In this document: positions 1-14,146 of the stretch, piece after piece | Layout of the letters: each line of letters starts with the position of its first letter | How positions within the stretch are numbered: position 1 is the stretch's first letter | Assembly (NCBI RefSeq): GCF_006345805.1 | Contig: NC_043005.1 | Span: 11,222,001 to 11,286,000, forward strand | Direction: 5' to 3' | DNA from: Octopus sinensis | Taxonomy: Eukaryota | DNA length: 64,000 nucleotides | Notes under the pieces: generated by a model | The model's input: the letters and a program-made list of their open reading frames with translations, nothing else | The model's database searches: none | What the model was told of the DNA's origin: nothing | Position numbers and translations under genes: made by a program

Positions 1-171
1 ACTTGGCTACACGTGTTTCTTGAGGTACATTTTTATTCCCATTAAATGTACCTCATGAAACACGTGTAGCCAAGTTATAAAGTAGTAGGTATTTACAATA
101 AAAATACTTTTTTAAATGGTGAGATGAAGGGGCCTACTATCTCTAAATAAAAAATATATATATATATATAT

Positions 172-209
<38 letters not shown>

Positions 210-216
210 ATATATC

Positions 217-247
<31 letters not shown>

Positions 248-420
248 ATATACAAATATACACTCACACACATTCATATCTAATATCGAACACTGACCAT
301 GAGTGCTCATCACCTCATTGATAGAAAAGTAAATATACTTTATTTTTCGTATAAGGCAACCAAAATTTTGACATGAAACAATTGGTTGCCTTTTTAATCT
401 CCGAATACATACATATATAT

Positions 421-481
<61 letters not shown>

Positions 482-536
482 GATATATATATATATATAT
501 ATATACATAGAGAGAGAGAGACAGAGTGAGAGAGAA

Positions 537-589
<53 letters not shown>

Positions 590-1801
590 AGAGAACAGCA
601 TTCTTGGTTTCGATAGTGCGGCTCTTCAAGAAAATAGACTCTATTTGATGGCTTTCCATATAAATGCTAGCAACAGTCTTAAGATACCTAAAAGAAAACC
701 TGTATGTAAAACACTTAATATGCAAAAAAAAAAAAAAAAAAATTAAAGATACGTTTTCTGAAAACTTATAATGATACTAATATCAACATGGCTTGCAACC
801 TTTCTTGAACTCTGCGACTGTTAAATCATATCACACTTCGAATGGTATGCATTTGTAGTCTAGGATTAAGAGACCGCTACAAAATATTTAAACGTTTAAT
901 AAATAAAAAAAGACAGCAAAACCCTCGGAGGCCCATGGTGCAACCAGAAATATTGATTATATCATATTTCTCTTGAAGACAACATATGTGTGCTCCCCAC
1001 CTTCCCTAAATGTCATCAACCTATTGACTTACAATGCGACCTGCTGTTGAATATACAATAGCACTCGAAAAAGTTTAAAAGACTGTCCTGGGATAAATCT
1101 AACCGATCCCCTTGTTATTGAATACACACACAAACTTCAATACAAGGAATATTGGTGCAATACTCCTATCAATATATCTATCAATATATCTATCAAGTGC
1201 AAATATAACAGGATAGAGATCGTTATTCGGAAATCAAGAAAAATTATGCCTCGACATAAATAACAACTGCTCTACTAATATGAATATCTCTTTGAAAATT
1301 GAAGAGAAAGTAGATAACTATGGACAACTGCTCCAAAATTTCTATGTTCAGATTATAAATTAACTTATATACAAAAAAAAAAGAAAAGAAAAAAGAAAAA
1401 TGGTACAGTTATGTTAATAAATGCTTAAGTGACAACGAGGAAAACGTAGGGTTTACTAGAAAAGAAATCAACAGCTAACACGCAGATTTCAAATACAATC
1501 TGTAAGCAGAACAAGAGAATATATGCAAACCTTTTCTTCAACTCAACAAATGAAATTGTTTTTTTTTATATATACATTTCAACGACGGAACTTTGTATGT
1601 TTGTTAGAAACCATCTCTTTCCTGACAGGAAGAGAAGCGAATATACATACATGAACACATACACATTCCATAAACAGCGTAAGTAGTTTTATGAATACGC
1701 ACAATAAGCAATAACAAATACTAATAATGCTACTTTTGCTGCTGCTGCTGCTGCTTGCTTTTAGTACTACTACTACTACTACTACCACCACCACCACCAC
1801 C

Positions 1802-1854
<53 letters not shown>

Positions 1855-2195
1855 AATTTAAACGTTTGCTGTTTGCTTCAACAACATAACGGCATATAGT
1901 GAATGTCGTATCACTATAATAGTGAAATAAGAATAGAAATAAGACCTGAATATACATAAGAAGACAGAGGCGATTGATGCAGTTTTGTTGAAGAGTGCAA
2001 AGATGAAAATATCACAAGAAATGAGACAACTGATATACGATATGAACACATCGCTGGACCTGGGGATTCGACAATCGACTAAATGTGTTCCAGTTCTAGG
2101 TAAAGCTTTCCAGTCTTCAATACAGTGCAAAATTGAGAAGACAACTACACATGACATCGAAGAAGAAGAAAGTTATGATTCACATATTGTTATAT

Positions 2196-2598
2196 ACTCT
2201 TTACTCTTTACTCTTTTACTTGTTTCAGTCATTTGACTGAGGCCATGCTAGAGCACCTTTTTTAGTCGAGCAAATCGACCCCAGCACTTATTCTTTGTAG
2301 GCCTAGCACTTATTCTATCGTCCCTTTTGCCGAACCGCTAGGGGGATGTAAACACACCAGCATTGGTTGTCAAGCGATGTTGGAGGGACAAACACACACA
2401 CACACACACACACAACACACACACACATATATATACATATATACGACAGGCTTCTTTCAGTTTCCGTCTACCAAATCCACTCACAAGGCTTTGGTCGGCC
2501 CGAGGCTATAGTAGACACTTGCCCAAGGTGCCACGCAGTGGGACTAAACCCAGAACCAGGTGGTTGGTAAGCAAGCTACTTATCACACAGCTACTCCT
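2196..2598 (-). mobile_element. tRNA-derived SINE, family C (CORE-like central domain, internal CA/TA tract)
   Basis: Minus strand reads aggagtagctgtgtgataagtagcttgcttaccaacc...gcaccttgggcaagtgtctact...ggtgctctagcatggcctcagtcaaatgactgaaacaagtaaaagag; multiple homologous copies in window. Confidence 0.9.
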
Positions 2599-3647
2599 AC
2601 ACCTATGTACAATACATTCTGAAATAATTTCACTTGAAATAGAACTGACTGCTGTTCTACTCTAATTCCGCTTTAATGAAAATAACCAGAGCTGGTGTTG
2701 TTTAATTATTTCGTGCCTAGTCTTAAATTCTTGAAATCCTAAAATGGTCAATGAAATATTAAGGAATTATTCATATTTAAAATTTCAGGTCATTAAGATG
2801 CGTAAATTGATCATACGGATTTCATCTGTCAGGCTGTCACCTGCGCTTAGTTCAAGCCCTTGTGGGCAATAAAGAAATATATAGAACTAATGTATTATTG
2901 CTAACCTGGAATTTACGCAACATATACAATCATATTAAGTAAGCCGTTTTATTCTCCTGTAGCGTTTTAGGAGTACCCTGTACCCCACTACCCCAAATCT
3001 CCCTACTCCTCGTCTACAACGATTCCTTGAAATCTCTAGACGCCCGTGACAGATCCCATAAGCAGATAGAAAGACAGTCGCTTTCATCAAGTAGATACTA
3101 ATCCGGCTAGAAATAGCGTCCAGGTCTTCTTCAAATCACAACGTGGGAAAAAGCAAAGGGAGATTGCAAATTTTCGTCATACATAAACCTGAAAAAAAAA
3201 AGGGCTGGAATGCGTTTGATCAAAGATCTGTTCCATCAGGTTTAACATAGGGTTAAAAAACAGCAGCTGTAACAACACTAACGATGGCAAAACCAACAAC
3301 CTCCCCTACAGTGCTACCTCATCATGAATGCAAACAGTCGCGAAAACATCTGTAGTCTTTCCACATCTTCCCTCAACAAGATGATTACGGTATCCGTAGA
3401 TCTCCATCCACTAGTGCACTACACACACATGTACACAAAATCCAGTGATCTCATGACCATGAAAAGTTTAGCGAACGAAATATTATTACCCTTAACATCC
3501 AGCAAAAGGCGTTTTAGCCGAATAAGGAACTATATGTACTCATCAAAGCTACATCTCCTACACATGGACTATATTTGTCTCTGTCATGCTGTATATATTT
3601 GTTAATTTATGAATCTAGATTTGTGTACGTATGTATGTATGAGCGTA

Positions 3648-3716
<69 letters not shown>

Positions 3717-3751
3717 CTATCTATCTATCTATCTAACTATCTATCTAACTA

Positions 3752-3846
<95 letters not shown>

Positions 3847-3878
3847 GTCCGTCCGTCCGTCCGTTCGTCCGTCCGTCC

Positions 3879-3916
<38 letters not shown>

Positions 3917-3960
3917 TTATCTATCTACCTACCTACCTACCTACCTACCTACCTGTCTGG

Positions 3961-4022
<62 letters not shown>

Positions 4023-4987
4023 GTCTATCTATCTATCTATCTACCTGTCTCTCTCTCTCTCCCTCTTTATGTCTATGTACTTGAGGGAGTATGGGTGTGA
4101 GCATATGTATATGAGAAAGAGAGAGAGAGAGAGAGAGAGATCGAAAGAGAGTGTGTGCTTGTGTAAAACCATTTGCTTTGGTATTAAATCTGACATTTAT
4201 TGCTTTGATCATTTTATTTCTGCATGGCGATACAACAATGGAATTAAGGGAGCATAATAATAATAATAATAATAATAACAATAATAATAATAATAATAAT
4301 AATATCTATTATTATTGTTGTTGTTGTTATGTATAACATTAACTCGACTCGTGCATTAGATCGTTGATGCATGAAAGCAGTGCTGCCTCGTGTCACTCAG
4401 ACATACGCACACACTTGCGTACGCTAATACACTGGCGTACACAAGCACATACACGTATACATACACTGATATATCTAACTACATACACGATGAAAACTTT
4501 TACACATGCGCATACACAAAGGCGCACGCACACACACACAATGGCGCACATACGCATGCACACAAAATAAACACACTGATAAAATACGTACACTCACTTA
4601 TTCATCGGCACGCCACTTAAAACATTTTGTCTCATCTTCCACGCATCACTCACTTTTGATGAGGCGCTATAAGCAATAGGTGTTAACAAGCTGTGTCGAA
4701 CCCTTCCTTACTTAACACATTTTATTGTGGAAATGAGCCAGGATCTAAACAAACGTATAATTAGAAACAAATAATGGTTTATATCTTTGTGTTACTACAT
4801 TTATTTTTACATTATAATTTGCGAACAGCTTTCAAAGTGTCAAATTAAAATTACTGGTTCTTTGTGATTCTGACGGTAAGAGTAACGAAGGAAGATGTGA
4901 CTCGTTTCTGGATTAACGGTCTTTTGGTTTTGTCACTGACGCTCACATCGAGCGCTGATATGCATGTATATGTATACATACATAGAT

Positions 4988-5428
4988 ACAGAATCCCCAA
5001 GGACATACTCTACGGAGAGCTTGCTAAGGGTACTAGGTCTGTGGGTAGACCGACCTTACGTTACAAGGATGTTTGCCAAAGGGACATGAAGGCCTGCAAC
5101 ATCAATATTAGCGGTTGGGAGGCAGTTGCCGGCAAACGTGGAGAATGGCGACGTACCGTAAAAGAGGGAATTCAAAGGAGTGACAGAGAGAGAGAGGAGA
5201 AATGGGAAAAAAAGAAGAGACGTCAACAAGAAACTATGGCATTACAACCAGCCAGGAACAGTCTTCGCTACATTTGCGGTACCTGCCAGAGGGAGTGTTT
5301 GTCCAGGATAGGACTACACAGCCACAGCAGGAAATGTATCAGGACATGAAATATAAAAGCCGGACTAGACTACTTTATGCGCAACTCCATTGTCTTCCGA
5401 GACAGAAAGGATGCCAACCAACCAACCA
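4988..5428 (+). mobile_element. RTE-clade LINE, 5'-truncated 3' end (ORF C-terminus plus 3' UTR)
   Basis: RIPKDILYGELAKGTRSVGRPTLRYKDVCQRDMKA...YICGTCQRECLSRIGLHSHSRKC, stop at 5347-5349; typical RTE tail ccattgtcttccgagacagaaaggatgccaa then (ccaa)n. Confidence 0.92.
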
Positions 5429-5490
5429 CATAGATATATTGTTGTTACTTTTTTCTTGGCTATAATCACCCCATATATTTTTATGGTTAA

Positions 5491-5717
5491 TACCTATTTC
5501 TTTATTACCCACAAGGGGTTAAACACAGAGGGGACAAACAAGGACAGACATAGGTATTAAGTCGATTACATCGACCCCCAGAGCGTAACTGGTACTTAAT
5601 TTATCGACCCCGAAAGGATGAAAGGCAAAGTCGACCTCGGCGGAATTTGAACTCACAACGTAACGCAGACGAAATACCGCTAAGCATTTCGCCCGGCGCG
5701 CTAACGTTTCTGCCAGC
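5491..5717 (-). mobile_element. tRNA-derived SINE, family A
   Basis: Reverse complement of gctggcagaaacgttagc...gagttcaaattccgccgaggtcgactttgcctttcatcctttcggggtcgataaattaagtaccag...ccccttgtgggtaataaagaaatag. Confidence 0.9.
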
Positions 5718-5980
5718 AAAGAATTCTGGTGCATCTAAGTTAAGTACTATATTCATTTGAATTCATTTGAATTCATTTGAATCTTAATTATTTTGCATAC
5801 ATAGATACATATATACATAACTATATACATGCATACTTGTATATATACATTCATGCCTACATGCCTACATACACCACTCAGGCACACGCACACAAACACG
5901 CACACCCACCCACACACACACACAAACACGCACATACACACACATATATGTATAGGCATATATATTATATATGTATAGGC

Positions 5981-6015
<35 letters not shown>

Positions 6016-6061
6016 CACACATACGATTTATGAATATATGCTTCTATCTATCTATCAATCA

Positions 6062-6125
<64 letters not shown>

Positions 6126-6527
6126 GCCTATCAATAGATCTATCTATTCCTCCATCTCTCACTCTACCCCCTCTCTCTCTCACGTTAACTCGCCACCACA
6201 ACCTCTTTTAGGCTTAGCACCCCTTCATGTTTGTTTTCAGTGTCCCGTTTGTGTTCCAACATTGACCCTCCACAAAATCCCAGATTTTATTTAATTTGCT
6301 TTGCGGGTGGAACTGTTTTATCGAAAGCGAATATTGTTGTTAAATGCTCGAAATACGAGACTAGAAAAAACAGCCAACAACTGATGAAGGGTCGTTCTTT
6401 ATGTTGTTTGTTTTGTTTTCCATTTGTGTCTTTCGTTGCTCGAACGAATAGTTCATGTTCCATGTACTCGTGCTTTCTATTTTTTTTGTTGTACACGTTT
6501 CGTGACGACCTGTGACCACATATGCGT

Positions 6528-6571
<44 letters not shown>

Positions 6572-6768
6572 ATATATACGTATAGATGTAAGTATATACA
6601 TATACGTATGTATATATGCATATATATATTATGCATATATATATGTACGTATATATATATATGGTATGTATACATATATATATATATACATATATACATA
6701 TATATGGTATATATACTTACTTATATATACATTATATATATATATATGTATATATATATGTATATGCA

Positions 6769-6815
<47 letters not shown>

Positions 6816-7011
6816 TATATATATATATATCTATATATATATATATATCTATATATATATATAATATATATATATATATATACATATATATATGCATGCA
6901 TGCATGTACAAATATGAAATGAAGGATCGTATCGAACATTATCTAACGAGCCATGTGATTGCGAAACTTAAATTTGAAATCTTAATAATAATCAGCTATA
7001 AGAGTTTGAGA

Positions 7012-7050
<39 letters not shown>

Positions 7051-7530
7051 TGCTTATGCACGTGCGCGTGTATGTATAAGCATACGTACCTGCAAACACT
7101 CAAGCGTAATTATAAATGAATTACATTGGCCTTCCACTCAAATGAAATTGGTCAAGTTGCTCAACAGTCCATGCAGTACGATTGAACCCTGAATCAAGAG
7201 TGTGTAATTTCTTAAACTGATAGCCGCGCCTGTCTCAGTCTGCAAATTTTTGTTTTGATCCCCTGATAACATCAGCAAAGCATATTAGAGATTTCAATAT
7301 GCATCAAGTTCAGAACGGAAGTTTTAGCTTTTGAACTGCATGTGAGTTGATGCGTTCAGTTTTGTTGAATATATGATTTCAGGATTTTAGGTTTTAGATT
7401 TCTCACGAACAGAGAAAAAGACGTTAATCCAACCTAGAAACAAGATTCCTTCACTAGAATTAAGACACTATCAACAAGTTTTGGTTGCATTGCTTAGACA
7501 TTTGTCTCGAAGACGGAGACTCCAAAATAT

Positions 7531-7750
7531 TTATTCCTTTATTGCCCACAAGGGGCTAAACATAGAGGGAACAAACATGGACAGGAAAAGGGATTAAGTC
7601 GATTACATCAACTCCAGGGCATGACTGCTACTTATTTAATCGATCCCGAAAGGATGAAAGACGAATTCGACCTCGGCGGTATTTGAACTCGGAACGTAGC
7701 GGCAGACGAAATACCAATTTCTTTATTGCCCATCGGGGGCTAAACATAGA
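7531..7750 (-). mobile_element. SINE family A, 5'-truncated with partial tandem unit
   Basis: Same body and tail as 5491-5717, more diverged. Confidence 0.8.
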
Positions 7751-7956
7751 AATGAACAGAACAACTGATGGGATCAGTAATGCGGTATGATTTTACATAA
7801 AATGTGACTCTTAAAAATTAAATGCAATATAAAAAAAAATCGAATGAAATCAACAATGCAAAGACAATACAAATGAAGCAATAATCTGGCCACGCTCCAA
7901 CCCCACAAGCCCCGATCTATCGCTGGTACCTTTTTTGTTCTTTTTTTCCTGTTTAT

Positions 7957-8830
7957 TCACACGGTTCCTTGCACGCACAGCACTCGTGCAACATGCTTCC
8001 ATCTGTTTTGGAACGTCCACTCCGACAGACATCTCTTCTCCAGCCACACCTTCCTTTTCAAGTGAAAAGAAAAAAATGATCGTAAATTGTGGCCAGAGAT
8101 AAAGTTGCCTGTCTTCCATACTGCCTCTTTCGCTATTGCTACAACCGTGAGAAAACAATTCTTACCTTCGTTCATTGAAACTTCCGTTGGGACAAGTTTA
8201 TAATTGATTCAGTCGACAGCTGTACCCTTCCTTCGCCGGACAACAGGTGTTCAGCATAAGCCCACATTTCAGATATCTCCGGACACTAAACAATAGCGTG
8301 AGGGACGGTTTCCCTGTCCCCACTGCATCTTGGACATGTCGGCGACTGACGCCTACCGTGTCTTGCGAGCTTATCCCAAACGGGCAAGGCACCTCTGTAG
8401 CATTGCCAGGTTAAGGACTTTTGGAAGTTGTCCAACATTCTCAACTCGAATGTACGGTGAATCAGGCTGTCCAGTTGAATAAACCCCTAGGCCATCGTCG
8501 CATTCAGACTTTACCAAACCATTATATAAAATCCGTGTGGAAACCCCACCGCTGGCGTTGCCCGAGCACCAGAATAGCAAGAGGGCCTTACGGCACTCTT
8601 TATGCCACTTATTCGACCTCGGTCTATGAGAACACCAGGCTTCCTGTTCGCAAAACTTTTGAACATTTGTCTAGCCAACGGAGACCACACCCGTTCACTA
8701 TCCAGGAGAATCCAGAGGTGCCTCAACCTCAACGCATGTCTGCGCATCATTAACCAAGGTATCTCTAAACCTCCCTTTAAAGGCTTTTGACAGCAGACTG
8801 AGCGTTTCACAAGTGGATACCAGCTGCTGA
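7957..8830 (-). mobile_element. L1/Tx1-clade LINE ORF2 C-terminal remnant (zf-RVT region), disrupted
   Basis: Minus frames give KPLKGGLEIPWLMMRRHALRLRHLW and QKSLTWQCYRGALPVWDKLARHGRRQSPTCPRCSGDRETVPHAIV*CPEISEMW; in-frame TAG at 8286-8288. Confidence 0.82.
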
Positions 8831-9483
8831 CGCAAAACTTTTTCTTTATTTATTTTGAATGGTCCTTGCTTCTATATTTCTTTTGGTATTCATAACTTTT
8901 GGTAATGCAGGGAAATTCACTTTCCGAAACATCAGAAATGTTATCACAAATTTAACTTTCTATCTTCCTTGCTTCCCGCTCGGTCGATGACTCATCACCC
9001 GACGAAGACACACTTTTCGGCATCTTGCCGGCAATTAATGTTTTCCCCCACAGGGGAAAACCACAGATAGCTTTCGAAAGAAAACTATAAAACAAATTTT
9101 AAACAATAAGTCCAATAGGCACAGCAAGAGATATAACAATTAACAGAAACTTACGAACACACTCCAACAATAAATTTTCAATAACAGACAGACGAAATAC
9201 CGCTAAGCATTTCACCCGGCGTGTTCAACATATTAACTGCCTCATTGCAAAGCCGAGGATCTTGCTTTTGCTTGTTTCTAGATTAAATGGCTTTGTGTGT
9301 CTCAATCTTAGCTGTGTTGTTCAAATTGTTACTGACTTCAAATATAAGCATGGCATTGTTGACAGCCATTGTCTCTAACGTTTAGGATAAGTTAAGTTGT
9401 TAGTGATCGTTATATTCGTCTACGAGTCGACAGCCACCGATGTCTGCTTGCCAGTCTGTCTGTATATATATATGTGTGTATGT

Positions 9484-9516
<33 letters not shown>

Positions 9517-9566
9517 TATTATATATATATATGTATGTATATATACATAGATACATACATACATAT

Positions 9567-9627
<61 letters not shown>

Positions 9628-9695
9628 ATATATATATATATATACATACATACATATATATATATATTATATATACATGTTTTTTTTTTCATGTA

Positions 9696-9726
<31 letters not shown>

Positions 9727-10417
9727 TTGTTTGAGATTTACTTAATTTCATTCTTGTAGATTTCAAGCCAGAGTAAGAATAATAATTAATAAAAAGTCAG
9801 ATTTTGCAAAGCATGTAAAACGTTGAGAAGATAAAACCTGTCAAAACTCCAAATAAGAATATTATTAAAATTTTCGGTATGGGATGGTTTTTTGATTTTA
9901 TTTTTGTTATAAGTGTTCATGTGAATACCCTTAAACTCATGCAATGGTTATTCATGTCTTTTTAGTAAATAAATTCCAGGCTTTATAGGCGTGTTTTCAT
10001 GAATCTTCACTGTACTAATAAATCGATTGAATTTGGAGAATTCCAGTCACCTTCCGTTGTTTTTATTTATTCAGTGCACCTATGATAAAAGATACAAAGA
10101 AACATTCTTTAGTCAGATAAGAGTGGTGTAAGTTCCTCATAAATTCACTATAGATATTTTCATTTATCCCAAATTTTAGATGTGATTGACACATGCACTG
10201 ACATATACGGTAGTATGCGACATTTTTTCCCTGTCTTATTGAAAATTATATGGCTTCATGTGGTTTGCATCAGATGCGTGTTATTATTGGAATGTCCCAC
10301 GAGGATTCCTTATTTTTAAAGATATAGTCTCGTATGCCATCTGGATGACTTTCAGGAAAATTCTTCTTCATGTCTCATGGAAAGATAACAGCTTGCGGAC
10401 ATATATGATCCTAATCT

Positions 10418-10570
10418 CAGGGGTTCCCAAACATTATTGGGCTGTCGTTCCCTTGTCCCGTAGATTACATTTCTAGCACCTCCCTGCACTCACCACCACA
10501 AATATAGATAACTTTCTGAAACAAATTCAAAACAACAGTATTTCACAAATAAAGTTTAACAACAATAAAG
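10418..10570 (+). mobile_element. hAT/Charlie-type MITE left end fragment
   Basis: Begins cagggggttcccaaac-like terminus (caggggttcccaaac); no right TIR found. Confidence 0.45.
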
Positions 10571-10571
10571 T

Positions 10572-10799
10572 TTAAGAGACCTGCATGGGGTGGATGTGGA
10601 TGTCTTTAAAGTAGGATTGGATCTCTTCCTGTCAGGTGTCCCAGATGAACCAACTTCACGGCAGGAGGTGCAGATGAGGGCAGCTGCATCGAACTCTCTC
10701 ATGCACCAAATGGCAGTTGCTAAAAAGCTTTCGTGAAGTAAAACCGTGTAGCAACACCAAATGGCGGTGCCCCAGCATGGCCACAGCTCATGAAACTGG

Positions 10800-10827
<28 letters not shown>
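10572..10827 (+). mobile_element. CR1/L2-like LINE 3' end
   Basis: RDLHGVDVDVFKVGLDLFLSGVPDEPT...RAAASNSL, stop 10734-10736, tail ggcggtgccccagcatggccacagctc, then (atca)n. Confidence 0.8.
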
Positions 10828-10831
<4 letters not shown>

Positions 10832-11099
10832 CCTATTATTTCGCTGTGTTTTAGGCCCATCACTCCGCTCTTGGTCACCCCATTATCACACTTATTTTCT
10901 TCAGTGAGCTCCTTGGATCTTTCCATTGCCTGCCCAGCCCAGAGGGCAGTACTGTTCACTTCAGGAACCATTTATATGGCTGATATCTTTCAAACTGATG
11001 CAACACAGACATTTTGTATTACAAAGTGGCGGTTTACAGCATCGCTGACCCCCTCGCTGAGTGAGTGTTTAGTCATTGTCGCTTGTTCTTGAACAGTAA

Positions 11100-12420
11100 A
11101 TGTATGTATGTATGTATGTATGTATGTATGTATGTATGTATGTATGTATGTATGTATGCATGTATGTATGCATGTATGTATGTATGTATATATGTATGTA
11201 TGTATGTATGCATGTATGTATATATGTATGCATGTATGTATGCATGTATGTATGTATGTATATATGTATGTATGTATGTATGCATGTATGTATATATGTA
11301 TGTATGTATTAAATGCATGTATGTATGTATGTATAGTATGTATGTAGATGTATGTATGGTATGTATGTATGTATGCATGTATGTATGTATATATGTATGT
11401 ATGTAATATATGTATGTATGTATGTATGTATTATGTATGTATGTATGTATGTAATGTATGTATGTATGTATGTATGTAGGTTTGTATGTATGTATTATTG
11501 TATGTATGAATGTATGTATTTATATGTATGTAGGTATAATGTATGTATGTAGGATGTATGGTGTTTTATGTATGTATGTATTATGTATGTATGAATGTAT
11601 GTAGGAATGTATGGTCATATGTATGTAGTATGTATTTATGTATGTATGTATGTATGTATGTATGTATGCATGTTTATGTATGTATGTATGTGGTTGAATT
11701 GTATGTATGTAGGCATGTATGTATTTATGTATGTATGTTATGTAATGTAGGAATGTATGATATGTATGTATGTAATGTATACTGTATGTGTGTATGTATG
11801 TATGTATGTATGTCTGATGTATTATGTTAGGAATGTATGTATGTATGTATGTATGTATGTAGGATGGTATGTATTGTATGTAGGAATTATGTATATGTAT
11901 GTATATGTATGTATGTATATGTATGTATGTATGTATGTAGGAATGTATGTATGTATGTATGTTGTATGTATGTATGTATGCATGTATGTATGTATGTAGA
12001 ATGTATGTAGGAATGTATGTATGTAGGAACGTATGTATGTAGGAATGTATGTATGTAGGAATGTATGTATGTATGTATGTATGTATGTATGTATGTATGT
12101 ATGTATGTATGTATGTATGTAGTAATGTAAATGTAGGTAGGAATGTATTATGGTATGTAGAATGTATGTAATGTATGTATGTATGTTATGTATGTATGTA
12201 GGATATGTATGTATATATGTATGTATGTAGGAATGTATGTATGTATGTAGGAATGTATGTATGTATGTATGTATGTATGTATGTAGGAATGTATGTATAT
12301 GTATGTATGCGTGTGTGTATGTATGAATTTATGCATGCATAGATGTATATATGTATGTGTGTATGTATGAATGTATGTATGTATGCGTGTATTCATGTAT
12401 GTTCGTATGTACGTATGATT
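11100..12420. repeat. Degenerate (ATGT)n microsatellite block, about 1.3 kb
   Basis: Direct inspection; variant aggaatgtatgt units in the 3' half. Confidence 0.95.
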
Positions 12421-12869
12421 GTGTGTATATGTTTGTACACACGCTTGACAGATCGCACTTAGTATGTTTGAAGGCATATTGATCAGTATTTCATGTATCT
12501 TGACATGTGCGTGTGCATGTGGGTTTGTGTTATTAATGTTGACTTATCAACATGTGGTTATTAATCAGGGTTACTCTACCGACTCAAATCTCAGAGTAGC
12601 ACATACACACACACACATGCACAGACGCACTAGCACACACACACACACACACACAGATACACACACATACACATACATACACATACATGCAAACATGCGC
12701 GTGCGCATATGTATACATGTAGCAATATAGATGGATAGATAGATAGATTGGATGGTAGAGAGCTAGGTAGATAGACAGATAGATAGATGGATAAGTGTTA
12801 TATTTGGATGTCAACATTAATTTGGTGCAAATGCATACATACAAGAAATTACACTTAAGTCTTGGTAAT

Positions 12870-12870
12870 T

Positions 12871-12910
<40 letters not shown>

Positions 12911-13418
12911 GAGAAAGAGATGGACAGAGAGAGGCATAGAGAAGCAGAGAGAGAGAGAGAGAAAGAGAGGGACAGAGAGAGGCAGAGAAAGAGAGAGAAA
13001 GAGAGGGACAGAGAGATGCATAGAGAAGCAGAGAGAGAGAGAGAATAAGAGAGGGACAGAGAGAGGCAGAGAGAGAGAGAGAAAGAGAGGGACAGAGAGA
13101 GGCATAGAAAAGCAGAGAGAGAGAGAGAGAAAGAAAGAAAGAAAGAGAGGGACAGAGAGAAAGAGAGGGACAGAGAGAGGCACAGAGAGAGAGAGAAGAG
13201 AGGGACAGAGAAGCAGAGAAAGAGAGAGAGAGAAAGAGAGGGACAGAGAGAGGCAGAATGAAGCAGAGAGAGAGAGAGAGAGAGAGAAAGAGGGACAGAG
13301 AGAAAGAGAGGGACAGAGAGAGGCAGAGAGAAGCAGAGAGAGAGAGAAAGAAAGAGGGACAGAGAGAAAGAGAGGAACAGAGAGAGGCAGAGAGAAGCAG
13401 AGAGAGAGAGAGAGAGAT
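12870..13418. repeat. GA-rich minisatellite (gagagggacagagagaggca... units)
   Basis: Direct inspection; source of the spurious SL-rich ORFs. Confidence 0.9.
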
Positions 13419-13821
13419 AATGGGTAGAGTAGTATATGAATGCAAAACTACCGAATATAGAAAAGTGAGTTAATTTAGGGTGAGACTTCCTAAATGCCAA
13501 TGTTGCTTGTCAAAGCTGTCTTCTAGAATAATAATTATCTTAAAAAAATAAAATAAGAATAAAAAAAAAACGCACCTACACTCAAAGAAATGTAATTAAA
13601 AATATCAAACAACGTTGAATACATTTAAAAGATGAATTTTAAAAGATGTCTTGACACGGAATATAGAATAACTGTGCCGTGAGTTGCGGTGTCAGAAGGA
13701 CATCGAAAGAGTTTCATTACAGTATAGTCTTATGTCTTACATGTTAACAGTTGATAAATTCCTTTAAGTCGTCATTTATCATTCCGAGGTTACGGTTGGT
13801 TTTGCTCTTATTTTTGCCATA

Positions 13822-14146
13822 GTGAAGGCGCGTGGCTTAGTGGTTAGGGCATTCGACTCACGATTGTAAGGTCGTGAGTTCGATTCCCGGCGACGCGTTG
13901 TGTCTTTGAGCAAGACACTTTATTTCACGTTGCTGCAGTCCACTCAGCTGGCAAAAATGAGTTGTACCTGTATTTTTCAAAGGACAGGCCTATTCACACT
14001 CTGTGTCACGCTGAGTCTCCCTGAGAACTACGTTAGGGGTACGCGTGTCTGTGGAGTGCTCAATCATTTGCACGTTAATTTCACGAGCAGGCTGTTCCGT
14101 TGATCGTATCAGCTGGGACCCTCGTCGTCGTAACCGACGGAGTGTT
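13822..14146 (+). mobile_element. Chimeric tRNA SINE: family E head and core with family D tail
   Basis: 5' part matches 23592-23740; 3' part matches 45320-45490. Confidence 0.85.

Noticed and set aside
1985-2236. 83-aa non-repetitive ORF
   Set aside because: Non-ATG start, runs into a SINE tail, no recognisable domain
3000-3560. GC-richer unique block that may be a decayed retroelement ORF
   Set aside because: No convincing motif in any frame by eye
6938-6985. CUAACGA-GC...GC-GAAAC motif
   Set aside because: Core mutated and no helix I pairing
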